Source: a bacterium (lineage in GTDB: Bacteria > SZUA-182 > DTGQ01 > JAFGSM01). Taken from it: 64,000 bases of DNA. The position numbers and the translations under genes were made by a program. Location of the stretch: positions 80,949 through 144,948 of the forward strand of contig JBLIRO010000002.1 in assembly GCA_049472335.1 (NCBI GenBank), in the 5' to 3' direction. The notes under the pieces were generated by a model that saw only the letters and a list, made by a program, of their open reading frames with translations, searched no databases and was not told the DNA's origin. Positions within the stretch are counted from its first letter, which is position 1, and each line of letters starts with the position of its first letter. Below, one piece after another: positions 30,539 through 40,320 of the stretch.

Positions 30539-32599
30539 TCAATCCTTTCTCTTGAACCCGATCACGTATCGAGTCCCGTCGTTTCTCGAAAGAGTCAGAG
30601 TTCCTTTTATCTGTTCTTCTATGAGTCCGGTTATAAGTCTAAGCCCAAGTGTTTTCGTGTTTCGATAGTCCACATGATCAGGGATGCCTCTTCCATTATC
30701 ACTAATTATAAGCTCGATCTCATTGTTTTCGAGCAAACGCGAACAGATCTTTATTTCGCCTTTTTCTGTTTCCTTAAATGCGTGTTTCAGGGAATTGGAA
30801 ATGATCTCATTAAGGACAAGGCCAATGGGAACCGCCTGGTTAATGCCAAGGTTTATCATATCTCCTTCTGTTTTAAAATCAATATGTTTGGCAGGTGTTC
30901 CGAATACCTTTAGAATATTTTTTACTATATGTATAATATACTCGTTAAGATCAATTTCGGCAAGGTCTTCTGATTGGTAAAGTATCTCGTGAACTAATGC
31001 CATGGCTGTAATTCGGTTGTTGCTTTCCTGATAGACCTTTTTCACATACTCATCATTGACTCTTCCTGCCTGCAGCTTTAGCAAGCTTGAGATGATTTGA
31101 AGATTATTCTTGACACGATGATGAATTTCTCTCAGAAGCGCATCCTTTTCTCTGAGAGATTGTTTGATTTTTGTTTCCGCCTTTTTCCTCTCAGTTATGT
31201 CTTTTATAATAGTTATGATTTTGGTTATTTTGTTTGCCTCGAATACAGGTATTTTTCTTGCCTCAGTAATAAATTCCCTGTCTCCGATTTTGGTTATTTC
31301 CTCGGTAAAAAGTACCTTCCCGCTATCTAATACTTTTTTATATTCATCCCGAACCCTGTCCGACAGGAATGGAAAAACCTCAAATATGGATTTGCCGTTT
31401 ATGTCGGTAGGCAGGCCCAGTTTTATGTTCCATTGTGTGAAGGCATCATTGAATAGAATTAATCGCAGGTTATTATCAACTACGTGTATAGCGTCCCCCA
31501 TCGAATTAATTGTAGTACGGTATTGCTCTTCTGACTCACGCAGGGTCTCCTCTGCCCGCTTGTGCTCGATGATTTTTCCCAATCGTTCGGCAATGATTTT
31601 AAGCAGATTTTTCTCTTCTTTTGGGGACTGTATTATTATATTCTCCCCTTCTCCAATCAGATGGTAAATCTCTAAAGTGCCGCTTTTTTTACCATGCACA
31701 AAGATGGTGCTTGATTGTTTACAGGTTGAGCGTTTAAAATTTTTGGTTTTAAAGGCATCTCCTCCTAAAATAATTTGCGCGCATAGAGTCTCCGGTTTTT
31801 GCCAGGCGGAAGGGATTAGATTGACGACGCCCTGAAGGATCTTTTCCAAAGATATATCTTTTTTTTCCATAAAACGAGAAATGGCGTAAAGACAATTCAA
31901 CTCTTTTATCCTGTTAGAAAGGTCCCGGGTCCTCTCCTGCAGCTCCCTCTCCATTGTTATTCGCTTGGTGATATCCTCTCCGGAGCTTAGCACACCTGTA
32001 ATATCGCCTGATTCGTTTGTCAGGATAGTATTATGCCAGGCGATAATCCTTTCTTCACCACTTTTGGTAACAACAGGATTTTCGAAGTATTCAAACACCC
32101 CTTCTCCCCCTGCCATCAATTGATGAAAAACATTTTTTGCATTTTCCTTCTTATCTTCTCTAATAAAATAATCAAACCAGTTTTTCCCGATGATCTCGTT
32201 TTCTTTCCATCCTAAAATCTGGCAACCCTTTTTATTCAGAAGCTCTACTTTTTGATCTTTATTAATGGCAATAAGTATTACTCCGGCAATATCCAGATAT
32301 TTGTCTGCCTTTTCCTTTTCTTCCCCAATTACACTCTCTGCCTCTTTGCGTTTGTTTATATTATGAATTAAGCTTAATATCGTTATTATTCCAATGGTTG
32401 CTATCAATATTGATTCAATAATTGCCTGTCCCCAGTTAACAGGTGTTTTTACTGTCCCGAATATTTTATGGGGAAGATCCAGAATCTCATTTAACCAAAC
32501 CAGAATGAAGAGGATAATGAACATATACGCGACTGGTCTGCAAATTTTGTCGATCGCGATGTTTTTAGCAAATCCTTTATGAATGGTTTCCTGTCCCAT
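30539..32599 (-). CDS. Membrane PAS sensor histidine kinase (HisKA_2/PdtaS-like)
   Basis: Two N-terminal TM helices, two PAS domains, EIHHRVKNNLQ H-box, NSLKHAF, DNGRG. Confidence 0.9.
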   Translation of the reverse strand: MGQETIHKGFAKNIAIDKICRPVAYMFIILFILVWLNEILDLPHKIFGTVKTPVNWGQAIIESILIATIGIITILSLIHNINKRKEAESVIGEEKEKADKYLDIAGVILIAINKDQKVELLNKKGCQILGWKENEIIGKNWFDYFIREDKKENAKNVFHQLMAGGEGVFEYFENPVVTKSGEERIIAWHNTILTNESGDITGVLSSGEDITKRITMERELQERTRDLSNRIKELNCLYAISRFMEKKDISLEKILQGVVNLIPSAWQKPETLCAQIILGGDAFKTKNFKRSTCKQSSTIFVHGKKSGTLEIYHLIGEGENIIIQSPKEEKNLLKIIAERLGKIIEHKRAEETLRESEEQYRTTINSMGDAIHVVDNNLRLILFNDAFTQWNIKLGLPTDINGKSIFEVFPFLSDRVRDEYKKVLDSGKVLFTEEITKIGDREFITEARKIPVFEANKITKIITIIKDITERKKAETKIKQSLREKDALLREIHHRVKNNLQIISSLLKLQAGRVNDEYVKKVYQESNNRITAMALVHEILYQSEDLAEIDLNEYIIHIVKNILKVFGTPAKHIDFKTEGDMINLGINQAVPIGLVLNEIISNSLKHAFKETEKGEIKICSRLLENNEIELIISDNGRGIPDHVDYRNTKTLGLRLITGLIEEQIKGTLTLSRNDGTRYVIGFKRKD

Positions 32600-32907
32600 A
32601 GATTTTTTAGGAAGAAATATGAATGACTTTTTTACGATCTTATCAAATTTGCGGATTAAATTAAATATAATATAATTTATTCCTTGATATTTTATTGTAT
32701 GGTTGTATTATATATTATTTGTCTCTTTTATCAATCCCTATAATAAAAATCCTTTGAAGATACCCCGTCCTCTAACGGCAGGGTGATTCATTTACAACAA
32801 TCTGTTAATTGACTAAGCTCCTGTTTGTCAGGTATATTTCTATTAAGAAAAGAGAAACACAACCGGATTAAATATAATGATTCAATAAAAATTATTTCAT
32901 TAGAGGT

Positions 32908-34437
32908 TTGGTTATGAAAAAAAGCGTGAGGCGTCTGGTAATTATCTCTTTTTTTCTGATTATTATTTTTTTTGGTCTATTCAAGGTTGTAAATTTTGAT
33001 TTTGGCTGGCATTTAAAAACAGGAGAATACATTTACACGAGCAAGTCCATTCCAAAACAGGATATCTTTTCCTATATTGCTGCGGGAAATAAATGGATCG
33101 ATTCTCACTGGTTGTTTCAATTGGTATTATATCTGTTTTACTCTATTGGCGGGACCAATGGTGTAGTACTTTTGCGAATTTTGGTATTACTTTTAGCCTT
33201 TGGATTTTTATTTTATACCATCTACAGACAGGAATATTTTCTTGTTTCCATTCTGATTTCCATTTTTGCCCTATTTATTTCCTTTCAAAGGTTTCTTTTG
33301 AGACCGGAGATATTTACTTTTCTCTTTCTGACTGTATTTTTCTATTTTACGGAGAGATTCTCTAAGCACCCCCGCCTTTCTTTGGTTATTATCCCTTTAT
33401 GTCAGATTGTTTGGGCCAATATGCACGGGCTCTATGTTTTGGGTATAATCTTTCTGCTGTTTTACCTTTTGGGAGATCTTTTTCAGATGTTATTAAGCAG
33501 GTATATATCAGTTGTTCCGAAGGTGGAGATAAGCCCCGGGGAATGGAAACAAAAAGGAGTCCTGTTTTGTTTGACTTGTATTGCATCATTGATTAATGCA
33601 AATGGGAAAGACGGCATCTTATATCCCTACAAGATTTTTTATGAACTGAGAACTAAGACAACTGTTTTTTCCAGGGTAACGGAACTTATATCACCCTTTT
33701 CAGCGAAACATCTTCCGTTTCCTGACCCTTCGATCATTTATAAAATTTTTCTTGCTCTATCAGTTTTAGCCATCATTTGTAATATAAAACGCTTTCGTTT
33801 GGGTCATATTCTACCATATGGGGCCTTTATGTATCTTTCCTTTTTGGCCATAAGGAACATGCCTCTGTTTGCCATCATTGCAACCCCTGTAACTATCAAA
33901 AACATAAATGATATTTTGGATTTCCTACGGAAAAAGACAGAGAAATGGCCTTTGGCAAGATCTGTCTTTTCCTTATCGATTTCCTCTTGTTTTATATTAT
34001 TCGCTGTTTTTGTCTGTGTCTTTATTGCAAATAACGGCATTTATAAAAGGCTTAATTATCTGAGGACCTTTGGGATCGGAGAATCGGATTATTATCCTTC
34101 AGAAGCAGTCAATTATCTTAAAGATAAAGATATTGAAGGTAATATCTTCAATAGCTCTGATATAGGTGGTTATTTAATATGGAAAATATACCCTCGTAAA
34201 CAAGTATCTTTGGATGGAAGATGGGAAGTTTACGGGGATTTTGTGAATAATATTCAGTATCTTCAGAGTCCGTTATATTTTACACAATTGACCGCAAAAT
34301 ATAATATCCATGCCATTATATTGCACAAAAGATCCTGGGAGATTCAACTTATGGGACCCTGGCTTCAGAGAAGTCCATATTGGCGTTTGACTAAAAATAC
34401 AAATAATGCAATAGTTTTTGAAAGATATAATTTTTAG
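32908..34437 (+). CDS. Polytopic membrane protein, putative GT-C type glycosyltransferase
   Basis: About 11 TM segments; periplasmic DFGWHLKTG..D.FSY loop, RPE, WANMHG, DGRWEVY; function is inferred. Confidence 0.55.
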   Translation: MVMKKSVRRLVIISFFLIIIFFGLFKVVNFDFGWHLKTGEYIYTSKSIPKQDIFSYIAAGNKWIDSHWLFQLVLYLFYSIGGTNGVVLLRILVLLLAFGFLFYTIYRQEYFLVSILISIFALFISFQRFLLRPEIFTFLFLTVFFYFTERFSKHPRLSLVIIPLCQIVWANMHGLYVLGIIFLLFYLLGDLFQMLLSRYISVVPKVEISPGEWKQKGVLFCLTCIASLINANGKDGILYPYKIFYELRTKTTVFSRVTELISPFSAKHLPFPDPSIIYKIFLALSVLAIICNIKRFRLGHILPYGAFMYLSFLAIRNMPLFAIIATPVTIKNINDILDFLRKKTEKWPLARSVFSLSISSCFILFAVFVCVFIANNGIYKRLNYLRTFGIGESDYYPSEAVNYLKDKDIEGNIFNSSDIGGYLIWKIYPRKQVSLDGRWEVYGDFVNNIQYLQSPLYFTQLTAKYNIHAIILHKRSWEIQLMGPWLQRSPYWRLTKNTNNAIVFERYNF

Positions 34438-34552
34438 GTTATAATAAAAAGGCAAGACAAAAAAAGAAAAATTGTAACAGTAGTATCCTGATTTCTTTAA
34501 TGTGGATTATTACTTGTTGAATCTTATATATTTTTGTTCCTTGGAGTAAACT

Positions 34553-35968
34553 ATGAAAAAAGACATACTTTCAGAAACAAAAGAGATTACCAATTTGGTT
34601 CTTGAGGCTAAAGAAAAGGCTTATAGAGAGACAAGCTTTGAGCCAGAGCCCGAACTCACCCGAAAATTAAAATGGCCCATAGAATGCACTGTCGGGCCCG
34701 GTCTCGAAGGTGCTATTGCCTGTGAGAGTGAAATAGGTTATGTGAATGGTTCCAAGGGATTGTTGATCTATCGTGGCTATGACATTTTCGATCTTTGCGC
34801 CTATTCCACATTTGAGGAGGTTTCATTTCTGCTGCTTCATGGACATTTGCCAACGAATAATGAACTTAAAGATTACAAAAACAAGCTCGTCAGATATCGA
34901 ACGCTCCCTGAAACCGAGCGGCTGCTAATGAGTTTTCCTGTTGAAGAGATGAGCGCTATGTCTTCGTTACGTCTTGGCGTAAACCTTATGCGCCAGAAAC
35001 AAACTTACCGTGATAAAAAAACTGCAAAATCCCTGAGTGTCCCGATTGCCGCGGATGAGGACTCTATTCCGATGGAGACGGTTCCCACAGGTGAGAAGAG
35101 GCCAATTTATGAGTTTAATAAAAAGCTGTATAGACCACCAAGTAATGTGGATACAGACCTCTTAAGCGCCGAGGACCTTGAGAGCTGTTATCATCTGATC
35201 TCCGGAGTGGCCTGTATCGCGGCTTCCATTGCCCGGTTGCGAACGGGTCATTTGCCATTGGAGAATGATCTGGATTTGAGCCATGCAGCCAACCTTCTTT
35301 ATATGATGACAGGCCGGCGGCCGACACCTTTGGAAGAGCGCATAATGGATATATGCCTGATCCTTCATGCCGATCATGGTATGAATGCGAGCACCTTTGC
35401 TGCAATGGTTGTCGCTTCAACCCTTTCAGATATTTACTTCTCTATCGGATCGGGGATAGCCGCGTTAAACGGCCCTTTACATGGTGGCGCCAACGAACAG
35501 GTTATGCGTATGCTGGAAGAAATAGGTGATGTGGAGTCTGTTAAACCCTGGTTCGAGAACGCCATGATTAGCAAAAAAAGAATAATGGGTTTCGGACACC
35601 GTGTTTATAAGGCTTACGATCCGCGTGCAAGGGTATTAGGGCCTCTAGCCAAAATGCTTGTTAAAAGAAATCCAGAGATGAAGGGCTTATTCTATATAGC
35701 TAATGCCCTTGAAAAAGAGGTAATTTCAACCCTTGGCAAGGAAAAGAAAATCTTTCCTAATGTGGATTTTTATTCGGGTATAGTATATAAAGCAATGGAA
35801 ATCGATCACGACCTTTTTACACCCATATTCGCTGTGGCGCGTGTTGCAGGCTGGACGGCAAGGATACTTGAATATCTTAAGAGAAACCGGATATTCCGTC
35901 CTCGAAGTATATATGTTGGCCCATTTAACCTGGAATATATCCCTATTGATAAGCGTGACAGCCATTAA
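34553..35968 (+). CDS. Citrate (or 2-methylcitrate) synthase, Si-type, with internal insertion
   Basis: GLEG, LIYRGY, LHADHGMNAST, GPLHGGANE, MGFGHRVYK..DPRA, PNVDFYSG. Confidence 0.92.
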   Translation: MKKDILSETKEITNLVLEAKEKAYRETSFEPEPELTRKLKWPIECTVGPGLEGAIACESEIGYVNGSKGLLIYRGYDIFDLCAYSTFEEVSFLLLHGHLPTNNELKDYKNKLVRYRTLPETERLLMSFPVEEMSAMSSLRLGVNLMRQKQTYRDKKTAKSLSVPIAADEDSIPMETVPTGEKRPIYEFNKKLYRPPSNVDTDLLSAEDLESCYHLISGVACIAASIARLRTGHLPLENDLDLSHAANLLYMMTGRRPTPLEERIMDICLILHADHGMNASTFAAMVVASTLSDIYFSIGSGIAALNGPLHGGANEQVMRMLEEIGDVESVKPWFENAMISKKRIMGFGHRVYKAYDPRARVLGPLAKMLVKRNPEMKGLFYIANALEKEVISTLGKEKKIFPNVDFYSGIVYKAMEIDHDLFTPIFAVARVAGWTARILEYLKRNRIFRPRSIYVGPFNLEYIPIDKRDSH

Positions 35969-36047
35969 TTACAGCTATGGGGGGATTCGGATATTTACAT
36001 TTGAACGTACCGCAAATATACTTAATACAAGCTGAAAGGAGGAAAAC

Positions 36048-36377
36048 ATGGATTTCAAGAGGTTTTTAGCATGGATACCAGGTTGGTTGGGATTTCTGGC
36101 CCTTATCATAGTCGGTGTCCTGATGACCCTTAATGGTCTCATCCATCCCTTTGGCCCGCTCGATCACAAAAATATGGTCGGCTTCATTGTCTTCGGAATC
36201 TGCGCCGTACTTATAGGCGCCCTATCCTGGATTATCGGTGGAACATCCGAGATCAAAGGCCGCACAGGGAAGGTGGGCGTATTGGTCGAAATTAAGGACT
36301 TGCCCTGGTGGGGTTATCTGATTGATGGCGGAATCCTGGTCATCGCCATCGTACTTTTTTTCGCTCTGACGGCTTAG
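36048..36377 (+). CDS. Small three-TM membrane protein
   Basis: AAGGAGG SD; three hydrophobic segments. Confidence 0.7.
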   Translation: MDFKRFLAWIPGWLGFLALIIVGVLMTLNGLIHPFGPLDHKNMVGFIVFGICAVLIGALSWIIGGTSEIKGRTGKVGVLVEIKDLPWWGYLIDGGILVIAIVLFFALTA

Positions 36378-36426
36378 CTGAACTCGCTGTAAAGAAGGAT
36401 AAAAAGCTCAGAGTTTGTTTAAATGC

Positions 36427-36945
36427 CTAGAATATGGGAAGAAAGGGCAGAAATCCTCCAAAAAAGGTAGAAAATATCCCGGCGGCCTCGGCTATTGGAG
36501 GCTCATAGCCTTCAGGATAGATATATACAGTATATGGAGCAACGAGGTCCTCTAATTTAATGGTATCCAATTCGGGTGGTTTGACAATTATTTTTATGCC
36601 CGTAGTTGCAGAGAGAGGAACAAATATGGTTGTAACTCCTGCAATGCTGGCGGTGGGAGCCGGCAATCCCGGCAGACCTAATAGAGGCGAAGTTGGAGAC
36701 AGAACAGGTCTTGGCCCTCCAGCCAGGCCTATTGGATTGCTTAAAGGTGTAAAAAAAGGATAAACCGGAAGCCAGGCAGACTGAAAAAAAGGAAGAGACG
36801 TCTGAAATCCTATGGGTGGAAACGGTTGAAACCATTGTGCCTTTGCCGGCTGGTATAAAAAAATAAACAAGATTAATAAAAATAATATAAAGGTCTTTAA
36901 TAGAAAAGGGCCGGTCCCTTTTTGATGCGATAAATAGATGTTCAT
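36427..36945 (-). CDS. Secreted Pro/Phe-rich protein of unknown function
   Basis: Signal peptide ending AKA|QWF; Pro/aromatic-rich mature region similar in style to 27899..28462. Confidence 0.7.
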   Translation of the reverse strand: MNIYLSHQKGTGPFLLKTFILFLLILFIFLYQPAKAQWFQPFPPIGFQTSLPFFQSAWLPVYPFFTPLSNPIGLAGGPRPVLSPTSPLLGLPGLPAPTASIAGVTTIFVPLSATTGIKIIVKPPELDTIKLEDLVAPYTVYIYPEGYEPPIAEAAGIFSTFFGGFLPFLPIF

Positions 36946-37355
36946 GTCTTTACCTCATTTCAGTAAGAATCAACCTTGGTTCTGTAATCCTTTCCAAACC
37001 CGCTATTAACTAGTAAAGCTTTCCATGAACCTCTATTTATGAACCTCTATTTTTATGTGCAATTCGATAGTAATTATTTTCCCTGTCCGTTCATCCTTTC
37101 CTCTGATATTACATTTTAATCTCTTTTAAAAAACTGGAATTTTGTCATTTTTAAATAAGGTCATATAAAACATTAACCTTAATTGTGTGATTATAGCAGA
37201 TTTAATGCCACGGCTGTTCAAAACTGGAATGACAAAATAACAAAAATTATATTTTTGACTATATATAATATAATTTTAAGAAAACAGAATGTAAAAAAAT
37301 ATTCATACAATAAAAAAAATAAGAAAAGTTTTTCATAAATCCTGATAGGTGGATT

Positions 37356-38249
37356 TCATACCCTGTTTTTCTTATCAGGAGATATGACACACAACTCATA
37401 TCGCTCTGACGCAGATTTCTTTTCCCACCATATTTTTAGACATGTGGCAGGAGAGCGGAGGACCAGGAAGCCGTCTTCTTCTTCCAGAATATCTTTCAGA
37501 TAATCCCTTAGTATTGACTTTTGATGATCCGAGCATGCTCCGTATCTGAAACTGAAGTAATTTACTGCATCTTCCATACAGGAGAACACATTGAGATGCA
37601 TATACGGAAAAGCCCTTATGTGAGGATATATTCCCATTTGATATAATACATTGAAAAGAACGTCACTTCTCGGCATGGGATGAAAATCGGTTTCATGCAG
37701 AAGGGTCATGAGGTTTCGAGAATGTACATCCCATGAGGGTTCTCCGGCAAACCAATAAAGATATATATATCTTGAAGATACATCCGTCATCTTTTTGATG
37801 GATTTCCTGATATCGAACATGCCCAGAGAAAGTGACGCTAAGACAACATCATAGGGTGTCTTCAAATCCTTTTCGATATTAACATCTTCCCATCTTTTGC
37901 GGATGTAGTGTATATTGGTAATCCCATATTCCTCCATTTTACTTTTTAATACCCTTATCATCCCGTCTGACGGGTCGACCGAGGTAACATGCTCCACCTT
38001 TTTCGCAATGGGGATTGCCAGGACACCGGGCCCTGATCCTATATCGAGCACCCGTGAGCTTGAATCAAAAGAGATCCCTCTGATGGTCTTTTCGATTCTT
38101 TCTCTCTGGGTTTTCTGAACCATCTTCCAATATTGAGCGGCGCTTTCTTTTTCCCAAAAAAGAGCACAATCTTTGTACCCATTCGTTTTTTGGTTCTTTA
38201 ACATCTGATCTTTCCATATCCTGTTCCAGTCGATAGATTTATAATTCAT
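37356..38249 (-). CDS. Class I SAM-dependent methyltransferase
   Basis: VLDIGSGPG motif I, VDPS, YDVVLAS. Confidence 0.85.
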   Translation of the reverse strand: MNYKSIDWNRIWKDQMLKNQKTNGYKDCALFWEKESAAQYWKMVQKTQRERIEKTIRGISFDSSSRVLDIGSGPGVLAIPIAKKVEHVTSVDPSDGMIRVLKSKMEEYGITNIHYIRKRWEDVNIEKDLKTPYDVVLASLSLGMFDIRKSIKKMTDVSSRYIYLYWFAGEPSWDVHSRNLMTLLHETDFHPMPRSDVLFNVLYQMGIYPHIRAFPYMHLNVFSCMEDAVNYFSFRYGACSDHQKSILRDYLKDILEEEDGFLVLRSPATCLKIWWEKKSASERYELCVISPDKKNRV

Positions 38250-38468
38250 AAGCTTAGGTCCCTTGGTTCGTAGCTTCTTAAAATCCCGGAGAGATCTTTT
38301 TCTGAATGATTTTTTCCCCTTTTTTCAGGCCCTAAATTTAGGTAACAACAAATTATATTTCATAACACTAATCGGGTCAAATGGGAAAAAACTTTTATAA
38401 ATCCATCCGTAAAATATGGAACAGTTAAATTCAGGCTAAAACAAAAAGGTGGGAAACAGGGTCTCTTT

Positions 38469-39131
38469 TTAATCCATCAGCCCGGCTTCGGTAAAACTGA
38501 AATACCCCTTTTTGCTGACAATGATATGGTCAAGGACCCGGATACCAAGAATATTGCCGGCGTCGGTAAGCTGTTTGTGAGCCTTTGCGTCCGCCGAGCT
38601 TGGTTTGAGGTCTCCGGAAGGGTGATTGTGGGCGAATATGACTGCCGCAGCCCGGTCCGCAATAACATCGGCGAAGACTTCCCTGGGATGGATCTGACTG
38701 CTGTTTACAAGCCCGATAGTCACAATCCGCTTTTCTATGACTTCATTGGCACCATTCAATGATATGCACATAAAATATTCCTGCTTCTTATTCACAATTT
38801 CCGAAAGCAATGGCAGAACTTCACAGGCGCTGCTAATTTGGACGGTTTCTTTTTGGAGGTATCGCCTTGCCAGCTCGAATGCCGAAAGGATCTGGGCCGC
38901 CTTCGCAAGGCCCATTCCCGGGACAGAAGTAAGATGGCCTAATGAAAGGCACTCTTTATGTTCCCTGATCAGTTTAGCCACATTTCGTGATATGGTTACG
39001 ATATCGACACCCTTCACTCCCCGGCCCAGAATAACAGCAACAAGCTCTTCGTCAGTCAAGGCCACCGCTCCCCTTTCCCTTAATTTCTCCCGGGGGCGGG
39101 TGTGTTCGGGCATATCTTTAATCCGCTTCAT
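38469..39131 (-). CDS. radC: RadC/UPF0758 JAB-domain protein
   Basis: RPREKL, ELVAVILG, HPREVF, HNHPSGD..PS..D, LDHII; start moved to ATG at 39131 to remove the overlap with the upstream gene. Confidence 0.9.
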   Translation of the reverse strand: MKRIKDMPEHTRPREKLRERGAVALTDEELVAVILGRGVKGVDIVTISRNVAKLIREHKECLSLGHLTSVPGMGLAKAAQILSAFELARRYLQKETVQISSACEVLPLLSEIVNKKQEYFMCISLNGANEVIEKRIVTIGLVNSSQIHPREVFADVIADRAAAVIFAHNHPSGDLKPSSADAKAHKQLTDAGNILGIRVLDHIIVSKKGYFSFTEAGLMD

Positions 39132-39228
39132 TATTATAGATTTAATATCTTTTTGATCAATAAAGTGTTTTTTCCCTGTCGCATTGTCCCTGTTAATAAG
39201 CTTATGTCTGCCCTTTTGTTTTTTTGTG

Positions 39229-39849
39229 TCAGATGCCCCTATCCTCACCCAGTTCCTCAAATATCTTATTAAGGGCCTCTTCACTTGAATGCTTCTTTGC
39301 TTTGCGAAAGAGATATTCCTTGTTTATTTCCTGACCATGCACAGACAAGACACCTTTGATCCAATTTCTGGCATCTTCCAAATGCTCGTGTATATAACTA
39401 TCTAACCGGTCTATGATCATATCCTCGAATCCAATAATAAAGCAACTCATATCCTCGATTTTCACTTCGATTAAAGAGTCATCTCCTCCAGCTAAATCGA
39501 AGCTTTTTGCTTCAATGGTCACATCAATATCTTCTCTGATCCAACATCTTCCTTCCTTATGAAAACCCAGTTTTGAGAAGATTGAATTCACCTCATCCGT
39601 TCCTGGCAGGACAATATCGATACCACCTGTTGTATATCTAACCGGTTTAACCAGTATATCCGGTTTGTTTTGTTTATCCTCATCCTCTATATAATATTCA
39701 AGGGTCTCTCCGCCGACAAGAACAGGCCTCTCTCCTATTGTTTTCAAAGCCTCTGTGAGTATAGCGACTATCCATAAGTGGCGTTTTAAGGGATTATTAA
39801 TGACATCGGGATTTTGTAAACGATTTCTCAACTCTTCAAAAGGTATCAT
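39229..39849 (-). CDS. Nucleotidyltransferase-fold protein (DUF6036-like), degenerate motif
   Basis: PVLVGG...EYY...YTTGGIDIV and EDMIIDRL resemble the GG..YxTxDID signature. Confidence 0.55.
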   Translation of the reverse strand: MIPFEELRNRLQNPDVINNPLKRHLWIVAILTEALKTIGERPVLVGGETLEYYIEDEDKQNKPDILVKPVRYTTGGIDIVLPGTDEVNSIFSKLGFHKEGRCWIREDIDVTIEAKSFDLAGGDDSLIEVKIEDMSCFIIGFEDMIIDRLDSYIHEHLEDARNWIKGVLSVHGQEINKEYLFRKAKKHSSEEALNKIFEELGEDRGI

Positions 39850-40320
39850 TATGGTTAATCTCTAAGGGTTTAATCCATTGATACTTGATTCGTTTAAGCC
39901 TTTAATGGACACCCATTATGATTCAATATTGAACTATGTCCAACTATTACTTTTTTAAGTTTGATGATGGCGAAATGCTTAAGTCTTTAACCAAAGAATC
40001 TCTAATTTAAAACTTGCCCGAAAATGATGAGGGTGATGGAAATGCTTTTTTGGCTTAAAGCTATAGCAGCTTTTTTACCAAATAGACGAGAATCTTTATC
40101 CCCCCTGAGAGACTCTTACATATATAAGAATCAAAATCATTATGAATCATAAAAATACTTTTCTAACCCTTTAACAGGGTACAAGAAAAGCTATTTTATG
40201 ATTATTTAAAGATAAGTATACTAGATAATTTTCTATTGTCAAATAGAAGTATACAGCAATTCTAATTGCCGGGCTGTCTGTGCTTTACGAGTGCATCAGT
40301 AATTAATGTTAAGGATAAAA

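Noticed and set aside
37025..37052. Tandem 14-mer ATGAACCTCTATTT x2 (also TCTATTCAAG x2 near 62934)
   Set aside because: Two-copy local duplications with no other support for function
37130..37240. AAACTGGAAT direct and TTTTGTCATT/AATGACAAAA inverted words as a REP element
   Set aside because: Too short and degenerate in AT-rich DNA to call
39132..39284. N-terminal extension of RadC in the ORF track
   Set aside because: Overlaps the upstream gene; family similarity starts at MKRIKD (39131)
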